This document shows, piece by piece, positions 45,475 to 53,233 of a stretch of DNA of 53,461 bases (positions are counted from its first letter, which is position 1; each line of letters opens with the position of its first letter). A program made the translations under genes and the position numbers. The DNA is from a virus, in the UHGV virus genome UHGV-0032033. One strand, given 5' to 3'. The notes under the pieces are model-generated. The model saw only the letters and a program-made list of their open reading frames with translations. It did no database searches and was not told where the DNA came from.

Positions 45475-45951
45475 ATGTCTCAGACTTGCGAAAAAGGCAC
45501 GTTTACAGGCCGTGACGTTGCTGTATTCTTCGCTATCGCTTGTCCAAATGCGAAGCCGGAAGCTGAAGCGTACAAAGCGTTAGGCATGATGCGTGGTAAA
45601 ACACTTTCCGTTGAATGGGAAACCGCTGACGCCACCGCCGATAAATCAGCCGATTACACGAAAGAATCAATGGTTACTTACAAATCCGTTTCTTTCTCCG
45701 GCGACGGTGTGTCCCGCACTGAAGAAATCCATAATCAGAAAGCGCTGAAACGCCACGTAATTACACCAGGTGAAACCACTGGATCACAACCTTATGTATG
45801 GCTAAAGATCGTTTCTCCTGTAGACGTAACCGAAGGCCCATTCCTTTGCACTTCCTTTAAAGAAGAAGATCCGCACGATGATGTTTCTACCTGGTCTATT
45901 GAGTGCGAAAGCGCTGGACAGGTAACGGTAGGCGATATCCCATCGGAATAA
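45475..45951 (+). CDS. major tail (tube) protein (putative)
   Basis: RBS agaggtaa; followed by terminator and chaperone/tape-measure genes. Confidence 0.55.
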   Translation: MSQTCEKGTFTGRDVAVFFAIACPNAKPEAEAYKALGMMRGKTLSVEWETADATADKSADYTKESMVTYKSVSFSGDGVSRTEEIHNQKALKRHVITPGETTGSQPYVWLKIVSPVDVTEGPFLCTSFKEEDPHDDVSTWSIECESAGQVTVGDIPSE

Positions 45952-45967
45952 CAACTCAGATTAACAA

Positions 45968-45994
45968 TCGGGGCCATTTGGCCCCTTTCTTTTA
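45968..45994 (+). terminator. rho-independent terminator after major tail gene
   Basis: ggggcc-attt-ggcccc followed by TTTCTTTT. Confidence 0.75.
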
Positions 45995-46005
45995 GGGTGA
46001 TAACT

Positions 46006-46683
46006 ATGATTCATGTTCGGACCGGGCAATTTGCGGCGGTGGTAGACGGTAGGCGGTATGTGTTTAATCCCTGCTTCGCCGCGATGGCAAAAATAGGCAG
46101 TGACAGAGAACTGGTCGAATATTTCGCAACAATCCACGGCGGCAAATATCCATCACGCTTGCCAGCAGACCAAGACTTACGCAATCGCATTCTGGCGCGG
46201 TGTTATGGTGAAATAGTGCAGACATCAATGCACATCCTGAAATGTTGCTCAGACGATGAAATAGGCCCGTTATTGGGCGAGTGTAGGTTTACTCCTTCGG
46301 GCAAGTTGCGACTAAAACCAGGCTTGATGCCTACTGACGACGTTATCACGCTGGCGCAGCATTGCGTGTACCACGGCTTAATCGGTGATGGGCCGGAAGA
46401 AGATGCCGGAGAAATCCCGGAAGGGGAATATAAGCCGACTTTTAACGTCCTTGAATTCGTCTATTCTGCCGTTGCTCACCTGGGCTTGTCAGAATCGGAA
46501 GCATGGAATATGACAATGACCGGATATAGGGCCACTGTACGCGCTAAAACGCCGCCAGACGAAAGAAGCGAAAGAAGTAAGCCAAACGTTCACATAAATA
46601 AACGTGCTTATGACGAGCAAATGGAGGCCGCTAAAAAGGCGCTAAAAAGAATGGAAAATCGCAAGCAAGAAAAAGCCCGGTAG
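46006..46683 (+). CDS. tail assembly chaperone (lambda G-like position)
   Basis: ORF between major tail and tape measure genes; basic C-terminal tail; no frameshift site verified. Confidence 0.45.
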   Translation: MIHVRTGQFAAVVDGRRYVFNPCFAAMAKIGSDRELVEYFATIHGGKYPSRLPADQDLRNRILARCYGEIVQTSMHILKCCSDDEIGPLLGECRFTPSGKLRLKPGLMPTDDVITLAQHCVYHGLIGDGPEEDAGEIPEGEYKPTFNVLEFVYSAVAHLGLSESEAWNMTMTGYRATVRAKTPPDERSERSKPNVHINKRAYDEQMEAAKKALKRMENRKQEKAR

Positions 46684-46692
46684 ATCCGGGCG
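46660..46692 (-). terminator. hairpin terminator for reverse-strand accessory gene 46699..47112
   Basis: cccgg-taga-tccggg with T-run (gcttttt) on minus strand. Confidence 0.55.
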
Positions 46693-46698
46693 TTTGTC

Positions 46699-47112
46699 TT
46701 ATTTGATTCTAACAATATCAATAAAACCGTTACCTAAATCGACAATTGCGTGATTTTTTGCGCCAGCGCCGCCTTCATTAAAAATTCTTTCAGCGAAAGC
46801 AACTTTATTTGCTTTACACTCGTTAGCTATCCTGTTTTTTATTTCGCTATTGTTTTCAAAGACTACGCTTACAGCAGCCTCGTTTACAAGGCCATAATTA
46901 AACCAACGAGCATAAACTGGTTTACCTTCAAAAATTTTATCAATTGCCTTAAAAAGAATTGTGGGTGCGGCTGGTTCTTTTTTGATCATGTCGTGATATG
47001 CGGCTACATGGTTTGCCACTTCTTCACAGTTAATGTTTATGGCCTCGTTAGCGTTCGCGTTAAATGCCAGTGCAGTAATCACAGCAAGTACCATTTTTGC
47101 TAACCGTTTCAT
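46699..47112 (-). CDS. secreted (signal-peptide) protein, reverse-strand moron between tail chaperone and tape measure
   Basis: N-terminal signal peptide MKRLAKMVLAVITALAFNANA; two Cys; AT-rich flanks; opposite orientation to tail genes. Confidence 0.6.
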   Translation of the reverse strand: MKRLAKMVLAVITALAFNANANEAININCEEVANHVAAYHDMIKKEPAAPTILFKAIDKIFEGKPVYARWFNYGLVNEAAVSVVFENNSEIKNRIANECKANKVAFAERIFNEGGAGAKNHAIVDLGNGFIDIVRIK

Positions 47113-47414
47113 AATTAACCCCTGTAATTATTCTGATTTGCTAAATGCTTCCTTTAACTTAGTTATACACGCATATTGTTTATTTTTTAAGTGCTTTTAA
47201 CATTTCTTCGATAAGGTCCGCATAGCGTTCATATTCGTTGGGACGGTAGTTTACGTTTCTCATTTTCTTATCCTCTTTCACTTCCTCCGGGACATCCGGC
47301 CTTCCTGCATCTCTTCTATCTTTCTCTACATCATCTATACAAAACGGCATCGTTAAAATAAAGACATTTTGTATAAAATAGATACATAGATCACATTTTG
47401 CATGAGGTTAAATC

Positions 47415-49757
47415 ATGGCTACCAGTGTAGGCACAATTTATTACGAAGTTGACGCAAAAACAGGACAACTTCTTGTAGCACAACGACAGGCAGACCAAGC
47501 CTTTGACCGTATAGAGCGCGGTGCTAAACAGGCCGATCGCCAGGTAAACACACTGAAAACATCAATCAAAGCACTGACCAGGGTTATCCATCTGCTAATT
47601 GCTGCCGAGGCCGTTAGACAGTTTATGGAAATGGCAGAGCAGGCCAAAATGCTACGCGTCAAAATCAAAATGCTGACAGGCGACGCGGAATCTGCCGGGC
47701 GGGTTTTTGATGGTCTGAAAGAAATATCCAGGGAGACGGGGCAGAGCCTGAAAGATACTGGCGAATTATGGCAAGGCCTGGCTATCTCACTAAAAAACAC
47801 CTCCGCTACGGAAGGGCAATTGCTTAACCTGGTTGGCACCATTCAGAAGATGGGCGCGTTAGGGGGCGCGTCAGCAGAGCAAATGTCAAACTCTATGCGC
47901 CAGTTCCGACAGTCTATTGACGGCGGCGTACTTCGCGCAGAAGAATTCAACAGCTTGCTTGAAAATACGCCGACCATCGTACAAACAATGGCCCGCAAGA
48001 TGGGATTATCAATGGGCCAGTTCCGCGCCGAAATGCTGGACGGCAAGATCACAGCGGAAAGGATGGTTAACGCAATCCAGGCGGCTACGCAGGAAACAAA
48101 CGAGCAGTTCGCACAGTTGCCGCGCACATCCGGCATGGCTATCAATGAACTAAAAGTCGAGGTAATGGGTCTGGTGGAACAACTGGACGATCTTTTCGGT
48201 GTATCAGATGGCGTAGTCTCAGCTATCGACTTGATCACAAAAGGAGTTAATGGGTTAGGTGAGGGCGCTAAATTCGCTAAAACCTGCTTTGATACGCTCA
48301 AAACGGCTGGTAGCGAATTCATCGACATGTTTGATGATGTGGCTGTGAAGGCTGGCGAGGTGGCAGAGAAGATCATCGCAATGGTGACGCCAATCAAGGC
48401 GCTAATGGATGGCTATAAATGGATGAAGGAGGTAGTAGGAGAGCAAACCGACGAATATAACAGCAACTACGAGAAGAAATACGGGAAGACCGTTGGCAAG
48501 GTCATGCAACTACAGGATGATCTGACCGCAGCAATCCAGGCTACAGAAGAAGCAAGGAAAAATGAACAGAATGCTGCCAATGACGGAGCGATTACCGGAT
48601 TCGACAAGCCAGTAGACAAGCCGAAAAAACAAAAAAAAGAGAAGAAATCGGAAGCCGATCGGCTTGGTGATAAAGGCATTAGCGTTTCTGACCAGTACAA
48701 TAAAGACGCAGCAGCTATGCGCAAAGCATTAGAGAACGGCAAGGCCATTGATGCTGCATTCGCCCAGGGTAAAATCACACTCCTTGAGTACCGCGCCGCG
48801 CAAAAAGGGATCGGCAAAGAACTGAAAGAAGAATTAGCGCAGATCCCGGCAGATGAACTGCGTGATAAATGGTCGCAAATAGTTAGCCCGATGGACCAGC
48901 TAAAAGGAGAGGTTGACCCCATCCAGCAGGCGCAAAATGAATGGGCCATCCGTAAGCAAATGTTGTTAGATCTGAACGCATCAGAGACACAAATCAGGGC
49001 CGAACAACTACAGCATGAACGGACCATTACTAACCTTAAGTGGGAGCAATGGCAGGCGCAAAGCGATACCAACGGCCTTATAGGTGATTGCGTGAATGGC
49101 CTCAAAGGCGGTATGAGCAATGCGCTTGTCGGCCTGCTTAACGGTACTCAATCATTGAGCGATGTTTTTGCTAACTTAGGGAGCAATATACTAGGGAACA
49201 TCGGCAACAGGCTTTCTGACATAGCAGCCGACTGGATAGCAGATCAGATCATGATGGAGACGCAAAGCAAGGCAACGCAGGCCAGCACAACGGCAAGCGC
49301 GGTAGCCGCTCAGGGTAGCATCGCTGCGGCAGCGGCCCCGGCAGCGGCGGCGACAGCGGCATCAACTGGCGGTAGCTGGGCGGCGGCTGGCTCGGCGGCG
49401 CTTACTGCGATCATGTCGCTGGCAACATCCATTTTCGGCGGCGGGCGCTTTAATGGTGGTAGCGTAATTGGTGGCAATATGTACCGCGTCGGGGAACATA
49501 ACAGGCCGGAGCTATTCCAGACGTCTAACGGCAACCAATACATGATCCCCGGCGAGAATGGCAGGGTTATCCCGGGGCGTGATATTGGCGGCGGCGGCGG
49601 TATCAGTATGCCTGTTTACATCGACATTCAAACCACAAACGGATTTAGTGACGAAGACACACGCAGACTTGAACAGACAATGGAACGTGTAGCCATGAAA
49701 ATGATAACAAGGGAATCGCAAAGACCTGGCGGGATGTTGCAACCGCGCCGCAAATAA
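47415..49757 (+). CDS. tail tape measure protein
   Basis: 780 aa, alpha-helical N-terminal two thirds, Gly/Ala-rich C-terminal region; position between chaperone and M. Confidence 0.85.
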   Translation: MATSVGTIYYEVDAKTGQLLVAQRQADQAFDRIERGAKQADRQVNTLKTSIKALTRVIHLLIAAEAVRQFMEMAEQAKMLRVKIKMLTGDAESAGRVFDGLKEISRETGQSLKDTGELWQGLAISLKNTSATEGQLLNLVGTIQKMGALGGASAEQMSNSMRQFRQSIDGGVLRAEEFNSLLENTPTIVQTMARKMGLSMGQFRAEMLDGKITAERMVNAIQAATQETNEQFAQLPRTSGMAINELKVEVMGLVEQLDDLFGVSDGVVSAIDLITKGVNGLGEGAKFAKTCFDTLKTAGSEFIDMFDDVAVKAGEVAEKIIAMVTPIKALMDGYKWMKEVVGEQTDEYNSNYEKKYGKTVGKVMQLQDDLTAAIQATEEARKNEQNAANDGAITGFDKPVDKPKKQKKEKKSEADRLGDKGISVSDQYNKDAAAMRKALENGKAIDAAFAQGKITLLEYRAAQKGIGKELKEELAQIPADELRDKWSQIVSPMDQLKGEVDPIQQAQNEWAIRKQMLLDLNASETQIRAEQLQHERTITNLKWEQWQAQSDTNGLIGDCVNGLKGGMSNALVGLLNGTQSLSDVFANLGSNILGNIGNRLSDIAADWIADQIMMETQSKATQASTTASAVAAQGSIAAAAAPAAAATAASTGGSWAAAGSAALTAIMSLATSIFGGGRFNGGSVIGGNMYRVGEHNRPELFQTSNGNQYMIPGENGRVIPGRDIGGGGGISMPVYIDIQTTNGFSDEDTRRLEQTMERVAMKMITRESQRPGGMLQPRRK

Positions 49758-49759
49758 CA

Positions 49760-49790
49760 CTAAGGCCGCTATAAGCGGCCTTTATTTTAC
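49760..49790. terminator. bidirectional hairpin terminator after tape measure gene
   Basis: aggccgct-ataa-gcggcct followed by TTATTTT; convergent gene ends on both sides. Confidence 0.7.
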
Positions 49791-50074
49791 ATGGTAAGGA
49801 TATAAATTAAACAGCACAGGAATGCGGGCGCGGCGAAGTCGCAAACGCTAGCCATATTCCATGCTTTTGGTAAAAAACCACCATACCACGGCATTCTTTC
49901 TCGTTTCCCTCCGCAAAATTCCGCTATGTAACGATATTCAGCCTGTGTGTGTTCCCGCGCAAAAAAGAATGTACATCCAATCAGGCCGCCAGTGAGATAA
50001 TCACCAGTAAGCAGGCCGATAACAACCTGTATAGTCGCCGCAGCCAGTGCGTGACCAATAACGGTTAAATCCAT
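49787..50074 (-). CDS. reverse-strand moron: small membrane protein (95 aa)
   Basis: Three hydrophobic segments; last gene of 4-gene minus-strand operon. Confidence 0.5.
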   Translation of the reverse strand: MDLTVIGHALAAATIQVVIGLLTGDYLTGGLIGCTFFFAREHTQAEYRYIAEFCGGKRERMPWYGGFLPKAWNMASVCDFAAPAFLCCLIYILTM

Positions 50075-50076
50075 CG

Positions 50077-50262
50077 TTAATCCTCCCGATCGTTCTCAAA
50101 TGTGCCATCTACAAATTTTTGCAGCCCGGCGATAAGTTGTGTTGCCTGCGATTTTTCAATTACTATGGTTTCAGTCCCCATAAGTTCGGTTATCCACAGC
50201 CGACCATCCTCATCAAGATCTAACCTAACTCCGTAACATAACTCTGTTTCGTCAATAATCAT
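50077..50262 (-). CDS. reverse-strand moron: small acidic protein (61 aa)
   Basis: MIIDETELCYGVRLDLDEDGRLWITEL...; stop abuts next ATG. Confidence 0.45.
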   Translation of the reverse strand: MIIDETELCYGVRLDLDEDGRLWITELMGTETIVIEKSQATQLIAGLQKFVDGTFENDRED

Positions 50263-50371
50263 TTTTCCTCCTATAATCTTCCGTTACGTGCGACGTAACC
50301 CCTGCCGAACATCACTAACCAGATGTTCCAGATCTCCCGCTAAGTATATTTCTCCTCCTCCATATTCCACC

Positions 50372-50626
50372 TCACTTATGAGCGCCTTTCACTCCGCAAT
50401 GACGGTTGTATTCCAGGTGATCGATAATTAACCAAATATTCAAATCTTCACTGAACAGCCGCCAGTCAGGATTGATATCGAATTTAAAGCCATAACCATC
50501 ACGTAATTTTTTGGGGCGGGCTTCTTTTTTCAGGAAGGCGTTAAGCAACTTCTTGCCTTTCTTGATTACCCGTTCCTGTGCATTCTTTTGTGCTTTCAGG
50601 TTTTTTTCGATAGTTACCAGTTTCAT
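50372..50626 (-). CDS. reverse-strand moron: Lys-rich small protein (84 aa)
   Basis: RBS ggggtgag; basic N-terminal half (KAQKNAQERVIKKGKKLLNAFLKKEARPKK). Confidence 0.5.
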   Translation of the reverse strand: MKLVTIEKNLKAQKNAQERVIKKGKKLLNAFLKKEARPKKLRDGYGFKFDINPDWRLFSEDLNIWLIIDHLEYNRHCGVKGAHK

Positions 50627-50643
50627 AACTCACCCCATCGTCC

Positions 50644-50799
50644 TTAGTTAAGCGCCCTCAGGAAGAAATCCCGGTATTCATCATCCTTCGCGTTCATCAT
50701 GAATTGACCGTATTTGAATGCGTCGTCGAAACCCTTAACAATTGCTACTTCCACTTGCTCGAATGCGTTGTTTAGCATCACTACTACATAGCTACTCAT
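50644..50799 (-). CDS. reverse-strand moron: small protein (51 aa), first gene of minus-strand operon
   Basis: RBS gtgagg; MSSYVVVMLNNAFEQVEVAIVKGFDDAFKYGQFMMNAKDDEYRDFFLRALN; below track cut-off. Confidence 0.4.
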   Translation of the reverse strand: MSSYVVVMLNNAFEQVEVAIVKGFDDAFKYGQFMMNAKDDEYRDFFLRALN

Positions 50800-50969
50800 T
50801 TTTGGGCCTCACTTGCTGGTACCGCTTTTCTTCTTGCTTCCTGTATACAGCTTGTTGCTTCATGTGTGAATCCATATTGTAAACTAGCTATAATTCTTGT
50901 GACGAATATCTCATTTTTCGCGTAGAAGCGCGTAAAGATATATACAAAATGTAACTTACAGGAGGGGGT

Positions 50970-51323
50970 ATGCCGGAAGTGTTCAGATGGACACCACAGA
51001 GAAGCTACAGCGTAAACAGTGAGCCTAACGTGTCCGTTATCAAGCTGGGCGATGGCTATGAACAGCGCCAGACAAAAGGGATTAATCCACTACTTGACAG
51101 CTATACGCTGGTCTTTAAAGGTACGAGCGCCGGATGCGGTGACGCCGGAAACGTGGCGCTCCAGGTTGACGCATTTTTAAGAGCACGTTGCGCGGTCGAG
51201 GCGTTTTACTGGACGCCATCTACAGACGGAGTGAAAAGGCTTTTTGTATGCCGAAAGTGGAGCATGGCGAAAGACGGCCCGGTATGCACTCTGAATGCAA
51301 CGTTTGAACAAGTTATCAATTAA
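50970..51323 (+). CDS. minor tail protein M-like
   Basis: 117 aa; FRWTPQRSYSV...KLGDGYEQRQ...FYWTP...CRKWS...ATFEQVIN colinear with lambda gpM (FRWKV...RFGDGYSQR...FLWTP...CAKWS...AEFEQVVN). Confidence 0.85.
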   Translation: MPEVFRWTPQRSYSVNSEPNVSVIKLGDGYEQRQTKGINPLLDSYTLVFKGTSAGCGDAGNVALQVDAFLRARCAVEAFYWTPSTDGVKRLFVCRKWSMAKDGPVCTLNATFEQVIN

Positions 51324-51336
51324 TGGAGAAGTCAAT

Positions 51337-51522
51337 ATGTATGCTATTTGTGTAGTTGACCGCACGGGCGCTTTTACATTATTTGACGACTATGAAATCA
51401 AAGATCTTACCGTAAAGGCTGACAATGGCGAGATCTGGTATCTTCATGACGTTGGTGACGGGTATGTTGGGTGCAGGTCGAGAGAGGGAAGGGAAGTTTT
51501 ATTTTTGGTTGATAGCGTATAA
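51337..51522 (+). CDS. hypothetical small protein (61 aa) inserted after M
   Basis: RBS ggag; MYAICVVDRTGAFTLFDDYEIKDLTVKADNGEIWYLHDVGDG... Confidence 0.4.
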   Translation: MYAICVVDRTGAFTLFDDYEIKDLTVKADNGEIWYLHDVGDGYVGCRSREGREVLFLVDSV

Positions 51523-51526
51523 ACAC

Positions 51527-51550
51527 GACCCCGCGCGAAGCGGGGTTTAT
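51527..51550. terminator. hairpin terminator after M / small ORF
   Basis: ccccgc-gcgaa-gcgggg followed by TTTAT; near-copy of the J terminator hairpin. Confidence 0.65.
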
Positions 51551-51622
51551 AGTGTCGATAGCAGAATGCATAACAATCCAATAATGATAATAATCATCTC
51601 CAGAACGTAATGTTCGCACATC

Positions 51623-51871
51623 TCATAACGCCCCCTTCAAATATGTCAATCCCTTATCAGTGACGAATGAATGGTTTACCTGGTTTTCATCCGTCATGAT
51701 GATGAATAGCTTTTCCTGTAGGTATTTCGCTTTTGGGTACAGCGTTAAACAGACCTGGTACAAAACCCCGCGCTCAATCAGCAAATCAATAAATTCGTGC
51801 TCATGATAACCGATAAGGCGGGCGGCCTGTTTCAACGTGTACACATAGTCACCGTGATTGCGCCGCGTCAT
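51623..51871 (-). CDS. reverse-strand moron: small putative DNA-binding protein (82 aa)
   Basis: HTH-like segment YTLKQAARLIGYHEHEFIDLLIERGVLY. Confidence 0.45.
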   Translation of the reverse strand: MTRRNHGDYVYTLKQAARLIGYHEHEFIDLLIERGVLYQVCLTLYPKAKYLQEKLFIIMTDENQVNHSFVTDKGLTYLKGAL

Positions 51872-51880
51872 ATTGCCACC

Positions 51881-52228
51881 TTATTTGCCGAACGCTCCCA
51901 GGTTGTCGATACAGAAATCTTTTGCCGCTTTTTCGTATTCACGTTTTGCTTGCGGATCATCTGCCGGGAAACCTTTTGCGTGTATTTCACCAGGACAAGC
52001 CTGATCCATAGAGTTGGCAAAATTAACATTGAAGTTAACATTAATATCTTTCGGGTTCATATCTTCCACCTCATCAACTATCTGTACCGGATTAGCAGCA
52101 TATTTCACTGGATGGCCTAAACTACATTCAAGAATCCTGCCTTCTTCCAGGGCTACTTCTTCGCTATCAAATAATCCGAAACACTCCTTGCTACCACTTA
52201 ACCACACATCAAGACTGTATTTTTTCAT
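51881..52228 (-). CDS. reverse-strand moron: acidic protein (116 aa)
   Basis: RBS gagg; N-terminus paralogous to 52209..52397 (ECFGLFDSEEVALEEG vs KVIALYDDEGEALVDA). Confidence 0.5.
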   Translation of the reverse strand: MKKYSLDVWLSGSKECFGLFDSEEVALEEGRILECSLGHPVKYAANPVQIVDEVEDMNPKDINVNFNVNFANSMDQACPGEIHAKGFPADDPQAKREYEKAAKDFCIDNLGAFGK

Positions 52229-52397
52229 TTTTGTTAGCCTCATATTTGACAGGTTCGATCTGGTATCCCAAAAGGCGGTCATCCTCAACAAGTAAAAGCG
52301 CGTCAACCAATGCTTCCCCCTCGTCGTCATACAGGGCGATAACCTTTTCCCTACCGTCTGTCATGAATACCGTCAACTTCCATAGCTTTTCAGTCAT
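52209..52397 (-). CDS. reverse-strand moron: small acidic protein (63 aa)
   Basis: RBS ggaggtg; MTEKLWKLTVFMTDGREKVIALYDDEGEALVDALLLVEDDRLLGYQIEP... Confidence 0.5.
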   Translation of the reverse strand: MTEKLWKLTVFMTDGREKVIALYDDEGEALVDALLLVEDDRLLGYQIEPVKYEANKNEKIQS

Positions 52398-52526
52398 AAC
52401 ACACCTCCGCGCCATTTTGTTAACTGTGCTTCCGTTTGAGTAAAATATACATATTGTAAAAACCGCGATCAATCCATTTTGGTATGATTTAGCGTGACTT
52501 AGATCACAAAATGACAAGGTGAGAAA

Positions 52527-53231
52527 ATGCGCAATATACCCACAGAAATGATTATTGATTCCGTCGACGCAGGAGTTGGCGCGGTAATTGACTTATTCGA
52601 ACTGGATCTAACTCCCCTGGGAGGCGAGGTTATCCGCTTCCATTCCGGCGCGAATGGCTATTACGGTCCGGTTATCTGGAAGGGTGTGGCTTACAACAGC
52701 TACCCGATCGAGGCTACTGGCTTCGAAATGAAAAACGAAGGCGTTTATTCGCGCCCTCAAATGGTTGTAGCCAACATCGGCGGACTCATTACGGGGATGA
52801 ATAACGATTTCAACGACCTAAGAGGCATGAAGGTTACGCGCCGCCAGGTGGAGGTTAAATACCTGGACGCCGTTAACTTCCCTAACGGCAATCCAGACGC
52901 AGATCCATCTATTGAGGCTGTATCTTTTTACGTCGTTGAAGCAATGAGCGAAGAAACAGCGGATCAGGTGCAATATGAATTGTCAACGCCAATTGATGCA
53001 GATAAAGCCGTTATCCCAGGGCGCACCATCCTTGCTGACGTTTGCCAGTGGCAATACAGAGGCGACGGGTGCATGTATTCTGGCGGCCCGGTCGCAACTG
53101 ATAAAGATACACCAACAAGTGACCCAACGTTAGACAAATGCAGCCACCGCCTTAGCGGTTGCCGTTTGCGTTTTCCGCGTCCGGCAGCACTGCCGATCTC
53201 CTGTTTCCCTGGTTCCAGCAAGGTAGGTTAA
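52527..53231 (+). CDS. minor tail protein L-like
   Basis: 234 aa; C-terminal CQWQYRGDGCMYSGGPVA...DKCSHRLSGCRLRF matches lambda gpL Cys cluster (CTWTYRGDECGYSGP...DKCSKCLSGCKFR). Confidence 0.85.
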   Translation: MRNIPTEMIIDSVDAGVGAVIDLFELDLTPLGGEVIRFHSGANGYYGPVIWKGVAYNSYPIEATGFEMKNEGVYSRPQMVVANIGGLITGMNNDFNDLRGMKVTRRQVEVKYLDAVNFPNGNPDADPSIEAVSFYVVEAMSEETADQVQYELSTPIDADKAVIPGRTILADVCQWQYRGDGCMYSGGPVATDKDTPTSDPTLDKCSHRLSGCRLRFPRPAALPISCFPGSSKVG

Positions 53232-53233
53232 TC

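Noticed and set aside
47843-49120. Long minus-strand track ORFs (184 and 217 aa) inside the tape measure gene
   Set aside because: They are antisense to a well-supported 780-aa coding frame and have Ser/Ala/Cys-rich composition typical of antisense translation of GC-rich coding DNA.
49787-50799. Calling the reverse-strand 51-aa/84-aa gene pair a type II toxin-antitoxin module
   Set aside because: Gene sizes and order fit, but I could not match either protein to a RelE/ParE, YoeB or other toxin or antitoxin family from sequence; kept only as a hypothesis within the moron finding.
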